Assembly: GCA_046052345.1 (NCBI GenBank)
Contig: JBJOMN010000001.1
Location: 8,535 to 72,534, forward strand
DNA: 64,000 nucleotides
DNA from: Bacteroidota bacterium
GTDB lineage: Bacteria; Bacteroidota; Bacteroidia; AKYH767-A; 2013-40CM-41-45
Direction of reading: 5' to 3'
In this document: in pieces, positions 28,564 through 39,000 of the stretch
How the letters are laid out: each line of letters begins with the position of its first letter
Numbering within the stretch: position 1 is the stretch's first letter
Translations under genes and position numbers: made by a program
The notes under the pieces: model-generated
Databases searched by the model: none
Seen by the model: the letters and a program-made list of their open reading frames with translations, nothing else
Told to the model about the DNA's origin: nothing

Positions 28564-30528
28564 ATGAGAAATTACAAAGTGATTCTTCTTGCCGCTTTCT
28601 TTCTGACCTGCATTGCTGTTGACGGCCAACAGACCGACGATCCGGTGATCTTGTCCGTCGCCGGCGAGGACGTTCCTCGCAGCGAATTCGTCCGCGTCTT
28701 CAGGAAGAACAACAACAAGGAAACCTCCATAGACAAGAAAGCCGTCGAGGATTACCTTGAACTTTACATCAACTACAAGATGAAAGTCCATGAAGCGTTG
28801 GAGCTGGGCATGGATACCGTGCAGGCCTTCAAGGACGAGCTCGCCGGCTACCGCAAGCAGTTGGCGCAGCCTTATCTTGTCGACAAGCAGGTGAGTGAGG
28901 GCCTCATTCGAGAGGCTTATGATCGCATGAAGAAGGACGTTCGTGCCAGCCATATCCTCATCAAGGTGGACGCTTCCGCGCTCCCCAAGGATACCCTGGA
29001 TGCGTATAACCGTACGTTGAAGATCCTTGCTGAAATCAACAAAGGCCTTGACTTCGCCGCGGCTGCACGCAAATACTCCGAAGACCAGTCCGCCAAGGAT
29101 AACGGCGGTGACCTGGGTTATTTCACGGCTCTTCAGATGGTCTATCCTTTTGAGTCCGCTGCCTATGCCACCAAAGTGGGTGAGGTTTCCCAGCCCGTAC
29201 GTACACGCTATGGCTACCACCTCATCAAAGTGACCGATTCCCGTGCCAACCAAGGAGAAATCAGGGTCTCCCACATCATGGTGAAGACCGGAGCGGCTCC
29301 TACTTCGGAAGATTCAGCCAAAGCCGCCCTCAAGATCAACGAGATCTATGAAAAGCTCAACAACGAACGCGGAGAGAACTTCGAAGACCTTGCCCGTCAG
29401 TTCTCGGATGACCAGAGCACGGCGAAGAACGGCGGCCTGCTTCCGTGGTTCGGCACCGGCCGCATGGTGCCTGAGTTCGAAATAGCCGCCTACAGCCTGA
29501 AGTATCCCGGCGAATACACCAAGCCTGTCCGCACCTCCTACGGCTGGCACATCATCAAGCTCATGGAGACCAAGCCGCTTGGTTCTTTCGAATCCATGCA
29601 GGCCGAACTCAAGCAACGCGTACAGAAGGATTCCCGCTCGGACCTGAGCCGTACCTCCATGATCATCAAGATCAAGTCCAAGTACGGATTTTCCGAGTCC
29701 CCGAATTCGCTTAAATCCTTCATGACGGCGGTCGATTCCACCCTTACCCTCGGTACTTGGTCCTTGGAAAAGGCGGAGGGGAAGAACGAGCCCATGTTCA
29801 CTCTGGATAATAAAGTCTACAACCAGCACGATTTCGCAGATTACGTCGTGGAGCACCAAAGCCGCAGGGCCGCCGGCCCTCTGGAGCCTATGGTGAACAC
29901 CATGTACGGGGAGTGGGTAAACGAGCGTTGCCTTGCGGTCGAGGAGGCTAAACTGGACAGCCAGTATCCTGATTTCAGGAACCTGATGCAGGAGTACCGC
30001 GACGGCATCCTTTTGTTCGAACTTACCGACAAGAAAGTCTGGTCGAAAGCCGTGAAGGACACCTCCGGTTTAAAAGCTTTCTACGAATCCAACAAGGCGA
30101 ATTACATGTGGCCGGACCGCCTCGATGCGACCATCTATACCTGTGCCAACGGCAATGTCGCCAAGGAGACGCGTAAGCTCATGAAGAAGATTGACGACCA
30201 GGATACCCTCATGTCGCGTATCAACAAATCCTCCCAGCTCAATCTCCAGATCCGTTCCCAGAAGTTCGCCCATGGCGACAATGAGGTGATCGATCATATC
30301 GAGTGGAAGGAAGGGGTGACCAAAGACATCGTCAAGGAAAACCAGGTGGTTTTCGTGGTCGTGCACCGGGTCATGCCCTCCCAGCCGAAAACGCTGGAGG
30401 AGGCTAAAGGGCTCATTACCGCCGATTACCAGTCGACCCTTGAAAAAGAGTGGATCGCCGGTATGCGTTCGAAATATCCCGTAAAGGTGAATCAGCCGGT
30501 CGTGGACTCCGTGTCCATGATGAAGTGA
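28564..30528 (+). CDS. Periplasmic parvulin-type peptidyl-prolyl isomerase (two rotamase domains)
   Basis: VRASHILI, F...ARKYSED...GGDLGYF, RTRYGYHLIK, then a second IRVSHIMV...GGLLPWF...YGWHIIK; signal peptide. Confidence 0.9.
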   Translation: MRNYKVILLAAFFLTCIAVDGQQTDDPVILSVAGEDVPRSEFVRVFRKNNNKETSIDKKAVEDYLELYINYKMKVHEALELGMDTVQAFKDELAGYRKQLAQPYLVDKQVSEGLIREAYDRMKKDVRASHILIKVDASALPKDTLDAYNRTLKILAEINKGLDFAAAARKYSEDQSAKDNGGDLGYFTALQMVYPFESAAYATKVGEVSQPVRTRYGYHLIKVTDSRANQGEIRVSHIMVKTGAAPTSEDSAKAALKINEIYEKLNNERGENFEDLARQFSDDQSTAKNGGLLPWFGTGRMVPEFEIAAYSLKYPGEYTKPVRTSYGWHIIKLMETKPLGSFESMQAELKQRVQKDSRSDLSRTSMIIKIKSKYGFSESPNSLKSFMTAVDSTLTLGTWSLEKAEGKNEPMFTLDNKVYNQHDFADYVVEHQSRRAAGPLEPMVNTMYGEWVNERCLAVEEAKLDSQYPDFRNLMQEYRDGILLFELTDKKVWSKAVKDTSGLKAFYESNKANYMWPDRLDATIYTCANGNVAKETRKLMKKIDDQDTLMSRINKSSQLNLQIRSQKFAHGDNEVIDHIEWKEGVTKDIVKENQVVFVVVHRVMPSQPKTLEEAKGLITADYQSTLEKEWIAGMRSKYPVKVNQPVVDSVSMMK

Positions 30529-30548
30529 TTCCTTTCCCCAGGACATCG

Positions 30549-30588
30549 CGGACGGCTGCGCCTCAGATCGCTGCCGTCCGTTTACTTT
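30549..30588 (+). terminator. Possible intra-operon hairpin/terminator
   Basis: CGGACGGC...GCCGTCCG stem followed by TTTACTTT. Confidence 0.4.
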
Positions 30589-30600
30589 GATGCTTCACCT

Positions 30601-31473
30601 ATGAAACGGTCCGTCACCCTGATTGCCGCTCTTGCAGGCCTGCTGTTGACGGCGTTCTGTTCCGTTTCCTGCCGATTCTTCGCTCGCGATACCAAAGAGG
30701 GCGAGGGAGCCGTAGCTCGCGCCTACGGATATTATCTGTACCCTGATGAGCTCGCCGGTGTGGTGCCGAAGAACGCATCCAGGCAGGACAGCATCGCCAT
30801 CACCCGCAACTTCATAGAGAATTGGATCCGAAAGAAGGCCGTACTCATGAAGGCAGAGGATAATCTGGAGGATGAACAGAAGGACGTATCCCGCCAACTG
30901 GAGGAGTACCGGAATTCACTGCTCACCTACGCGTACGAGGCCGAGTTCGTCCGACAGCGTCTGGATACTTCGGTCACAGATGCGGAGGTTGCCGCCTACT
31001 ACGAGCAGAACAAGAAGAATTTTGAGCTCAAGGACAATATCATCCGTGTGGTTTACCTGCGCCTGAGCAGGAATTCCCCGAAGCTTGACAAAGTGCGGAT
31101 GTGGTACCGCAGTGATGTTGAACGTGACCGCAGGTTGCTTGAGGAGTATTGCCGGCAGTATGCGATGAACTACTACCTGGACGATGATGCATGGCTGCTG
31201 TTCGATGATCTCCTGAAGGAGATCCCCATCAGGACGTACGATAAGGAGCAGTTCCTGCAGAACAACCGCATCATCGAATTCGAGGTGGACAGTTCCATTT
31301 ATCTGGTCAACATCAAAGGGTTCCGAATCCGGAATTCCCTCTCACCGCTGAGCTTCGAGCAGAATAACATCCGAACACTGATCGTCAACCAACGAAAACT
31401 TAAACTCATCGAAGAGATGGAGCGTCAGGCCTACGAGGATGCACGTAAAAAAGGTGATGCGGAAGTCTTTTAA
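30601..31473 (+). CDS. Conserved lipoprotein of the PPIase cluster (SurA-N/PpiD-like, degenerate rotamase)
   Basis: Probable lipobox (VSC), AVARAYGYYLY, IENWI, EIAAYY-like VAAYYEQN, SPLSF..I...I.N.RK; lies between two PPIases. Confidence 0.72.
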   Translation: MKRSVTLIAALAGLLLTAFCSVSCRFFARDTKEGEGAVARAYGYYLYPDELAGVVPKNASRQDSIAITRNFIENWIRKKAVLMKAEDNLEDEQKDVSRQLEEYRNSLLTYAYEAEFVRQRLDTSVTDAEVAAYYEQNKKNFELKDNIIRVVYLRLSRNSPKLDKVRMWYRSDVERDRRLLEEYCRQYAMNYYLDDDAWLLFDDLLKEIPIRTYDKEQFLQNNRIIEFEVDSSIYLVNIKGFRIRNSLSPLSFEQNNIRTLIVNQRKLKLIEEMERQAYEDARKKGDAEVF

Positions 31474-31488
31474 TCGTATTTTTGTCCC

Positions 31489-32847
31489 ATGACTTCCAGG
31501 CAATTCCGGTCCCTTTTTCGCCTGCTCCTGCTTTTATCGGTGTTTAACAGCCCGTCGGGTGTCCGATCCCAGGAACTGCTTGACCGAATCATGGCTACCG
31601 TCGGAAGCCAGATCGTCCTCAAGTCAGACATCGAAAAACAGTACGTCCAATTGCTGGTACAGGGAGGCGATGATCCCGAAAGCCGTTGCCGCATCTTCGA
31701 TCAGCTGATCCTGCAGAAACTGTTGATCAATCAGGCGCAGTTGGACAGTGTCACGGTCACTGATGCCCAGGTGGAAGGTGAACTCGATCGCCGTATGAGG
31801 TACTATGTATCCCAAATCGGCTCGGAAGAACAGCTTGAAGCCTATTTCAAGACCTCCATCCGCCAGCTAAAGGACGAACTCAGGGAGACCATCCGGGAAC
31901 AGTTGCTGGTGCAAACCATGCAGTCCAAGATCACAAAGGATGTGACGGTCACGCCGAACGAAGTCAGAGCCTATTTTGAAAGCATTCCCCCGGACAGCCT
32001 GCCATACATCGACGCCGAGCTGGAGATAGCCCAGATCTTGCGCAAGCCGCCTCTGTCCGAGGCGGAAAAAAGAGCGGTGCGTGCGCGTTTGGAGGACTTC
32101 CGCGCCAAGATCCTTGCAGGTGACGAGTTCGCCGTCTATGCCGCACTCTATTCACAGGATCCCGGCTCTGCAAAGAAAGGAGGGGAGTTGGGTTTCTTTG
32201 AGCGCGGCACCATGGTTCCTGAATTCGAAGCCGCCGCATTCAGTCTGAAACCCGGCGAACTCAGTGCCGTCATAGAGACCAAATACGGTTTCCATCTGCT
32301 GCAGCTCATCGAGCGGCGTGGCAACCAGATCAACGTTAGGCATATACTGCTGCAACCTAAGACCAACGATGCCGATTTGTACAGATGTGTCAATTACCTT
32401 GACAGCCTGCGCAAAGTGATACTGTCAGGAAAAATATCGTTCGAGGAAGCCGCCCAACGCTACTCCGACGACGAGGATACGCGGAACAGCGGCGGACTCA
32501 TGATCAACCAGGAAACAGGAACCACCCGTATTTCGCCCGACAAGCTGGACAGGATGCTGTTCTTCCAGGTCGATTCGCTCGCACCGGGAAGCATCACTCC
32601 TCCGCTGCCGACTGCGACAGCTGACGGAAAGAACGCGTACCGTATTGTCACCCTTAAAAGCCGGAGTACACCCCACAAGGCCAACTTGAAGGACGACTAT
32701 CAGAAAATCCAAGAGGTGGCACTTTCCGAAAAGCAGAACAAGACCCTCAGCGAGTGGATCGCGAAGAAAAAGAAGACAACCTATATCAGGATCAACGACG
32801 ATATCGGCAGCTGCAAGACGCTCGACCATTGGCAGTCCGCCGATTGA
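31489..32847 (+). CDS. surA: SurA-like periplasmic chaperone/PPIase
   Basis: LDRIMATVGSQIVLKSDI SurA N-domain, YSQDPGSAKKGGELG, ETKYGFHLLQ, INVRHILL, FEEAAQRYSDD. Confidence 0.85.
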   Translation: MTSRQFRSLFRLLLLLSVFNSPSGVRSQELLDRIMATVGSQIVLKSDIEKQYVQLLVQGGDDPESRCRIFDQLILQKLLINQAQLDSVTVTDAQVEGELDRRMRYYVSQIGSEEQLEAYFKTSIRQLKDELRETIREQLLVQTMQSKITKDVTVTPNEVRAYFESIPPDSLPYIDAELEIAQILRKPPLSEAEKRAVRARLEDFRAKILAGDEFAVYAALYSQDPGSAKKGGELGFFERGTMVPEFEAAAFSLKPGELSAVIETKYGFHLLQLIERRGNQINVRHILLQPKTNDADLYRCVNYLDSLRKVILSGKISFEEAAQRYSDDEDTRNSGGLMINQETGTTRISPDKLDRMLFFQVDSLAPGSITPPLPTATADGKNAYRIVTLKSRSTPHKANLKDDYQKIQEVALSEKQNKTLSEWIAKKKKTTYIRINDDIGSCKTLDHWQSAD

Positions 32848-32866
32848 ACTGTCCCAAAAAAAATCG

Positions 32867-33835
32867 ATGATGAAAACCTATGCAAGTGATGTCGAAGCGG
32901 TGAAAGATCTGCAACAACGCTACCAGCAGCTGCGGAGCGAGATAGGAAAGGTGATTGTCGGCCAAGACGAAGTGGTCCGCGACGTGCTCATCTCCATCTT
33001 CAGTCGAGGACATTGTCTGCTGGTCGGAGTGCCCGGACTTGCAAAGACCCTCTTGGTGAATACGATCGCCCGGTCCCTCGGGCTTACCTACAACCGGATA
33101 CAGTTCACTCCCGACCTGATGCCTTCCGACATCATCGGTACGGAGATCCTCGACGAGTCGCGTCAGTTCCGTTTCATCAAAGGCCCGCTGTTCTCGAACA
33201 TCATTCTTGCAGACGAGATCAACCGGACTCCCCCTAAGACACAGTCCGCACTCCTTGAAGCCATGCAGGAATATGCGGTGACCGCCGCCGGCAAGCGGTA
33301 TGAGCTTGATCGGCCCTTTTTCGTTCTGGCTACCCAGAATCCGATCGAGCAGGAGGGTACCTATCCGCTGCCAGAAGCGCAGTTAGACCGCTTCATGTTC
33401 AACGTACTCCTGACCTATCCTGCGTTCGAACAGGAGGTGCAGGTCGTCCGCAACACGACATCCGACATGAATCCCTCCGTGAACAAGGTCATTACCGGAG
33501 AGGAAATCAGCTATTTCCAGGAGCTTGTTCGCAGGATACCGGTGCCCGACAACGTCCTCGAGTATGCAGTAGGACTTGCCGCCAAGACACGGCCTTCCAC
33601 TTCGACAGCCACCAAAGAGGTGAATACCTATGTGTCGTGGGGCGCCGGCCCCCGCGCTTCGCAATACCTGGTCATCGGTGCTAAATGCCACGCCGCCCTC
33701 AGCGGAAAATTCTCTCCCGATATGGAGGATGTAAGGGCTGTCGCTGTTCCTATTTTGCGTCACCGCATCGTACGAAACTACCGTGCGGAAGCCGACGGTG
33801 TATCGGTGGAGAAGATCATCGCCGGTCTGTTCTGA
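32867..33835 (+). CDS. MoxR-family AAA+ ATPase
   Basis: GVPGLAKT, RIQFTPDLMPSDI, LADEINRTPPKTQSALLEAMQE, ATQNPIEQEGTYPLPEAQLDRF, LRHRI. Confidence 0.95.
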   Translation: MMKTYASDVEAVKDLQQRYQQLRSEIGKVIVGQDEVVRDVLISIFSRGHCLLVGVPGLAKTLLVNTIARSLGLTYNRIQFTPDLMPSDIIGTEILDESRQFRFIKGPLFSNIILADEINRTPPKTQSALLEAMQEYAVTAAGKRYELDRPFFVLATQNPIEQEGTYPLPEAQLDRFMFNVLLTYPAFEQEVQVVRNTTSDMNPSVNKVITGEEISYFQELVRRIPVPDNVLEYAVGLAAKTRPSTSTATKEVNTYVSWGAGPRASQYLVIGAKCHAALSGKFSPDMEDVRAVAVPILRHRIVRNYRAEADGVSVEKIIAGLF

Positions 33836-33874
33836 AAGCCGCTTGACCCGGGGATTTTGGACCGTGTTTGACCG

Positions 33875-35983
33875 TCAGGTCGTTTTCTTCTTCTTTTCCT
33901 TATCCTCGACAAAAAGCTCCAGCGTCGTGATTGCTACGGTTGCGGTCATGTTGCCGAAATCCACGTGGACGTTGTCCTTCCGGATGCTTTCGACTGTCCC
34001 TACCTGACGGCTCTTCAGCATCCGTACCTTGCTTCCTACGGTGATTTCCTGCCTCAGTTTCTCGAGCAATGCTTGTTTTTTGGCGGCCGTTTTTTCCGGA
34101 GTGTTTTCCGCGGCATGTTTTTTTGCGAGGGCGGTCATGAGACCCGCGAATTTCTTGATGACTGCTTTCTTATCCTTGGTCTTCAGCCATTCCTCCGAGA
34201 GCGCGGACAGTTTGCGTCCCAGCTCCGATAGTCTTCGTATCTCCTCCTGACGTTCCCGCTCTTTTTCCAGACGGGCTGTAAGCTTCTCGTTCAGCCGGCC
34301 GAAGCGCTCTTCCGCGGTGGTGGTCCGCAATTGCTGCTGCTGAAGCTGCTTCAGTTCTTCCTCCACCTTGTGTTTCTGCCTATGAAGATCGGCAAGCAGG
34401 CGGTTGAGTTTCAGGTTGTCCTTTTGCACTTTTTTCCTTGCCCGATCCAGAAGGTGTTGGGGGAGACCGATGCGTTCCGCCACCTCGAACGTATAGGAGC
34501 TGCCGGGTTGACCGCTCACGAGCCGGTACAGCGGCTGCAGCGTTTCCGGGTCGAAAAGCATGGAAGCGTTCCGTACACCATTCAGGTGGTCGGCCAGCAG
34601 TTTGATATTGGTGTAATGCGTCGTGAAAACGCCGAAGCAGTTCTTACGGTTCAATTCCTCGAGTACCACCTCCGCAATCGCACCACCCAGTTCAGGGTCC
34701 GTTCCGGTCCCGAATTCGTCAATCAGTACCAGTGATCCGCCACCCGCCATGCGTAGAAAATGGTTCATCCTGAGAAGACGCGAGCTGTAGGTGCTGAGTG
34801 CGTTCTCGATGGACTGGCTGTCGCCGATATCTGCGAACAAGTGACGGAAAAAACCCATCGATGATCCTTCTCCGACCGGTACCGGCAATCCGCTTTGGAG
34901 CATGACCTGCAGCAAGCCGGCTGTTTTCAGCGTAATGGATTTACCTCCTGCATTCGGTCCGCTGATGATGATGATCCGGTTTTCCTTGTCCAGCTCCAGG
35001 TCCAAAGGAATGGTCTCTTTTCCGCTTGCCCGGTTCTGCAATAACAGCAGCGGATGATAAGCCTTAATCAGCCGCAGTTCAGGCTGTCGCTGAAGAACCG
35101 GAAGACGTGCTCCTATTTCCCTGGAGAACAGCGCTTTTGCGCGTATAAGGTCAAGTGCGACCAGGAACTCCAGCTGGCTCGAAACAATGGAGGCGAAGGG
35201 CTTCAGTCGGAACGTAAGTTCCCGCAGCAGGCGAAGCACTTCGTTCCTTTCGTCCTGTTCAAGTTCGGCGACTTCATTGTTCAGCTCGATGAGTCCGTCC
35301 GGTTCGATGAAGGTGGTTTTACCCGATTCGCTTTTGCCGTGTACGATACCCTTCAGATCCTTCTTGAATTCAGTAGGGACAGCCAGGACGCGGCGATTAT
35401 TGTAGAAATTCTCTTCATTATCCCGCAGCCATCCTCGTTTCTTGAGATCGTTGATGTAGGAGCGGAACCGCTTGTCGGCTTCGCGCCGCTTGGAGCCGAG
35501 ATCATGACGTATCCTTCCCAGTTCCTCGGAAGCCGAGCTCTTGACCTGTGCCTGGTGGTCGAGTACTGCGTTTATAAGTTCGGGAATCTCCGTGCTCACC
35601 GGCAGTCCCGCACATAACCGGTTCAATGCCGTGAATGCGCTGCCCCTGCTTCTCAGATATTCCAGCAGGTCGTTGACGATGACGGCACCGGACCGAATCT
35701 TTCCCAGCTGGGATTCTGTGAGAACCGCTCCGCTTTTTCCGAGCAGGCGGGCTTCGTTCGCGAAATCTTCAAACAGGAAATCCGGAAAATATCCTTTGTT
35801 TTCCAGCGTGACCCTGAACTCTTCGACCCGCGCCAATTCTTCTTCCAGCACAAGCAGGTCATGGACGGGTCGTATGGCAACGGCTTTGCTTCGCGAGGAT
35901 TCACAGCGGCAATGTTGCTCCACGCGTTCCCGGATTCGGTCGAATTCCAGGACCTTCAGTATGTCTTCCGGATAATAGTTCAC
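33875..35983 (-). CDS. mutS2: MutS2-family ATPase, ending at the KOW domain (no Smr domain)
   Basis: LEFDRI N-terminus, G.VH..S.SG.T.FIEP, SGPNAGGKS, DIGDSQSIE..LSTYS, LIDEFGTGTDP, TTHY, coiled coil, KOW (ITVGSKV..VGTV); GTG start. Confidence 0.9.
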   Translation of the reverse strand: MNYYPEDILKVLEFDRIRERVEQHCRCESSRSKAVAIRPVHDLLVLEEELARVEEFRVTLENKGYFPDFLFEDFANEARLLGKSGAVLTESQLGKIRSGAVIVNDLLEYLRSRGSAFTALNRLCAGLPVSTEIPELINAVLDHQAQVKSSASEELGRIRHDLGSKRREADKRFRSYINDLKKRGWLRDNEENFYNNRRVLAVPTEFKKDLKGIVHGKSESGKTTFIEPDGLIELNNEVAELEQDERNEVLRLLRELTFRLKPFASIVSSQLEFLVALDLIRAKALFSREIGARLPVLQRQPELRLIKAYHPLLLLQNRASGKETIPLDLELDKENRIIIISGPNAGGKSITLKTAGLLQVMLQSGLPVPVGEGSSMGFFRHLFADIGDSQSIENALSTYSSRLLRMNHFLRMAGGGSLVLIDEFGTGTDPELGGAIAEVVLEELNRKNCFGVFTTHYTNIKLLADHLNGVRNASMLFDPETLQPLYRLVSGQPGSSYTFEVAERIGLPQHLLDRARKKVQKDNLKLNRLLADLHRQKHKVEEELKQLQQQQLRTTTAEERFGRLNEKLTARLEKERERQEEIRRLSELGRKLSALSEEWLKTKDKKAVIKKFAGLMTALAKKHAAENTPEKTAAKKQALLEKLRQEITVGSKVRMLKSRQVGTVESIRKDNVHVDFGNMTATVAITTLELFVEDKEKKKKTT

Positions 35984-36069
35984 GGTTCACAAAGGTCGTA
36001 ATTAAGCGGCGAACACCCTCCCGTACCACCGCCGGTTTGATTAATTTGCCCTCTAAAGATCAACCATAA

Positions 36070-37287
36070 ATGCGTATCGCAGTCATCGGGGCAGGAGCAG
36101 CCGGATTTTTTGCAGCCATCACTGCAAAAAACCGTCGTCCGGAAACGGAAGTGGTGCTGTTGGAAGCCGGTTCTAAGGTGCTTTCAAAAGTCAGGATCAG
36201 CGGCGGAGGACGCTGCAATGTGACGCACGCCTGCTTCGATCCGAAGGAGTTGTCCGCCAATTATCCCCGCGGCTCGAAGGAGCTTCGGCAAGCTTTCAGC
36301 CGGTTCATGTCGGGCGATACGGTAGCCTGGTTCGAAGAACGCGGTGTCGCTTTGAAGACAGAGCCGGACGGCCGGATGTTTCCTGTCACCGACGATTCCG
36401 CAACCGTTATAGACTGTCTGGTCGGCGCAGCCGAAAGGGCAGGAGTCCTGCTGCGAAAGGAATATCCTGTGAAGCGGATAATCCCGACCGATGCGGGTTT
36501 TCTATTGGCAGGTCCTGCGGAAAAAGAAGAACACTTCGACAGGGTGCTTATTGCCACAGGTGGCCATCCGCGCAGGGAGGGTTTTGAGTGGATTGAGAAG
36601 CTGGGGCATACGGTTGTCAGCCCTGTACCTTCCCTGTTCACTTTCAATCTCCCTTCCGAACCCCTGACCGGTCTGATGGGGCTTAGCATGCCTTCCGCCC
36701 GTATTTCCCTCCCCGAGCTTCGTTTACAGGCTACCGGACCCTTGCTGATCACCCATTGGGGACTCAGCGGCCCTGTGATTCTCAAACTAAGCGCTCTTGC
36801 GGCGCGGCCGCTGGCAGAAAGGAAATACGATTTCAAGGTGTATATTGATTGGAACAACAGCGGAACAGCAGATGAGATGCGGGAGCATTTGGCAGGGTTC
36901 AGGAAATCGAACAGCAGTTCGCATGTTTCGTCAGCCCCGCCTGTTCCGATGCCGCGCCGGCTCTGGACCTTTTTGCTGGAGCGTTCAGGTGTCCGACAGG
37001 GGTTGAACTGGTCGGATCTTCGTAAGGAAGAGACAGAGGCGATTGTGAGGGTAATGGTCGACGATGGCTACCACGCCCGTGGCAAGACGACGTTCAAGGA
37101 GGAATTCGTGACCTGCGGCGGAGTATCCCTGAAGGAGGTCGATTTCCGGACCATGGAAAGCAAGGTCGTGCCCGGACTTTTTTTCGCGGGAGAGGTGCTG
37201 GATATCGACGGGCTGACCGGCGGCTTCAATTTCCAGGCGGCCTGGACGACCGGATATATTGCAGGAACTTCCATGGTTTCCGACTGA
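36070..37287 (+). CDS. HI0933/BaiN/YhiN-family flavoprotein
   Basis: IGAGAAG, KVRISGGGRCNVT, GRMFP, LITHWGLSGP, VTCGGV, GEVLDIDGLTGGFNFQAAW. Confidence 0.93.
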   Translation: MRIAVIGAGAAGFFAAITAKNRRPETEVVLLEAGSKVLSKVRISGGGRCNVTHACFDPKELSANYPRGSKELRQAFSRFMSGDTVAWFEERGVALKTEPDGRMFPVTDDSATVIDCLVGAAERAGVLLRKEYPVKRIIPTDAGFLLAGPAEKEEHFDRVLIATGGHPRREGFEWIEKLGHTVVSPVPSLFTFNLPSEPLTGLMGLSMPSARISLPELRLQATGPLLITHWGLSGPVILKLSALAARPLAERKYDFKVYIDWNNSGTADEMREHLAGFRKSNSSSHVSSAPPVPMPRRLWTFLLERSGVRQGLNWSDLRKEETEAIVRVMVDDGYHARGKTTFKEEFVTCGGVSLKEVDFRTMESKVVPGLFFAGEVLDIDGLTGGFNFQAAWTTGYIAGTSMVSD

Positions 37288-37389
37288 GACACCATGACCG
37301 CTAACCCACAAATCGTCTAGGATAACTTGATTTATTGTCCGAAACATGGCACGGATTGTGCCGTATCTTTGAATACACATCATTTCGAC

Positions 37390-39000
37390 ATGTCTTTCAC
37401 GCTCAGAAAAATATCCCGGTATTTCCCGGTACTCGTTTTCTCCTTGCTCCAGGGAACCTTCGTTTACGCGCAGCAGGCGCCCGCATCCGGGAAGCTGGAT
37501 TATGCCCTGCAGATCCTAAAAATGACCTACGTCGACACGGTCAATGAAAAGCAGCTTACGGACGAGGCTCTGCGTGCCATGCTCAAGCAGCTCGATCCGC
37601 ACTCGGTCTATATCCCCTTGGAGGAGTTGCGCGAAATGAACGAGCCCCTGGTAGGCAAGTTCGAAGGAGTCGGTGTGCAGTTCAATATCCACGACGATAC
37701 CATCATGGTCACTATGCCGATTCCCGGCGGCCCTTCGGAAAAACTGGGTATCCGTGCCGGTGATCGCATCGTCAGGATAGACGGTGAGAACGTAGCCGGT
37801 GTGAAGATCACCAACAATGACGTGTTCAAGAGGTTGCGTGGGCCGAAGGGTACGAAAGTGAATGTTTCCATTTTCCGTCGGAATGTTACGGAACTGATAG
37901 AATACACCATTGTCCGGGACCAGATTCCGATCTTTTCCATGGATGCCGCTATCATGGTGGCGCCCCAGATCGGATATATCAAGATTTCGCGTTTTGCAGA
38001 CTCTACGCCCGAAGAGTTCCGTGCCGGACTGGAAAAGCTGAAAAAGCAGGGAGCTACCAGCCTCGTGCTTGACTTGCAAGGCAATGGCGGCGGCTACCTG
38101 AACCGTGCCGTAGAACTGGCGGATGAGTTTCTTTCCTCCGGAAAGAAGATCGTATTCACTCGTGGCCGGGCCACCACTCCCGAGGATTACAACTCCACGG
38201 CAGTGGGAGGATGGGAGAAAGGCAAACTGGCCGTCCTCATCGATGAATCCTCGGCTTCCGCCAGCGAAATCGTGTCCGGCGCCATTCAGGATTGGGACCG
38301 CGGACTTATCGTCGGCCGACGATCCTTCGGAAAAGGACTTGTACAGAAACCTTACCAACTAAACGACGGCTCCATGATGAGGGTCACCGTGGCACACTAC
38401 TACACGCCTTCCGGGCGCTGCATCCAGAAGCCTTATGTACTAGGGGAGGAGGACGAATACGAGTTGGATCTCAGCAACCGGTTCAAGCACGGTGAATTGT
38501 TCTATGCGGACAGCATTCATTTCTCCGATACCACTAAATACTTCACCTCCCATCAGCGGCTTGTCAGAGGAGGCGGTGGAATCATGCCGGACATCTTCGT
38601 TCCCCTTGACACCAGCAAAAACAGTACGTTCTATTCGGACCTGCTGCGCAAGAATGTCTTCAATGATTTTTCGCTCACCTATGCCGACAATAACCGTAAC
38701 CGCCTCAAACAGCAGTATGCCGATGCGGCCGCATTCAAGTCCGGTTTCGCGATGACCGATGAACTGATGAGTGAATTCCTCGAGGCGGCAAAAAAAGCCG
38801 GTGTCAAGGAGGATTCGATCGGTTATAAGACCTCCAACGAGGTGATCCGTATGCAGCTGAAAGCCCTTATCGCCAGGAACCTGTGGGATCTTGAAGCCTA
38901 TTTTGTCGTCATCAATGAAATGAATCAGCCCCTTCAGCGGGCGATTGCCGCCATCCGCGACAAGACCTTTGAGACAATGAAGCTAGGCACGGATAAATGA
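37390..39000 (+). CDS. C-terminal processing protease, S41 family with PDZ
   Basis: LDPHS, FEGVGV, PDZ (GIRAGDRI), LDLQGNGGGYL, SASASEIVSGAIQD, SFGKGLVQ, YYTPSGRCIQ. Start moved to MSFTLR. Confidence 0.94.
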   Translation: MSFTLRKISRYFPVLVFSLLQGTFVYAQQAPASGKLDYALQILKMTYVDTVNEKQLTDEALRAMLKQLDPHSVYIPLEELREMNEPLVGKFEGVGVQFNIHDDTIMVTMPIPGGPSEKLGIRAGDRIVRIDGENVAGVKITNNDVFKRLRGPKGTKVNVSIFRRNVTELIEYTIVRDQIPIFSMDAAIMVAPQIGYIKISRFADSTPEEFRAGLEKLKKQGATSLVLDLQGNGGGYLNRAVELADEFLSSGKKIVFTRGRATTPEDYNSTAVGGWEKGKLAVLIDESSASASEIVSGAIQDWDRGLIVGRRSFGKGLVQKPYQLNDGSMMRVTVAHYYTPSGRCIQKPYVLGEEDEYELDLSNRFKHGELFYADSIHFSDTTKYFTSHQRLVRGGGGIMPDIFVPLDTSKNSTFYSDLLRKNVFNDFSLTYADNNRNRLKQQYADAAAFKSGFAMTDELMSEFLEAAKKAGVKEDSIGYKTSNEVIRMQLKALIARNLWDLEAYFVVINEMNQPLQRAIAAIRDKTFETMKLGTDK

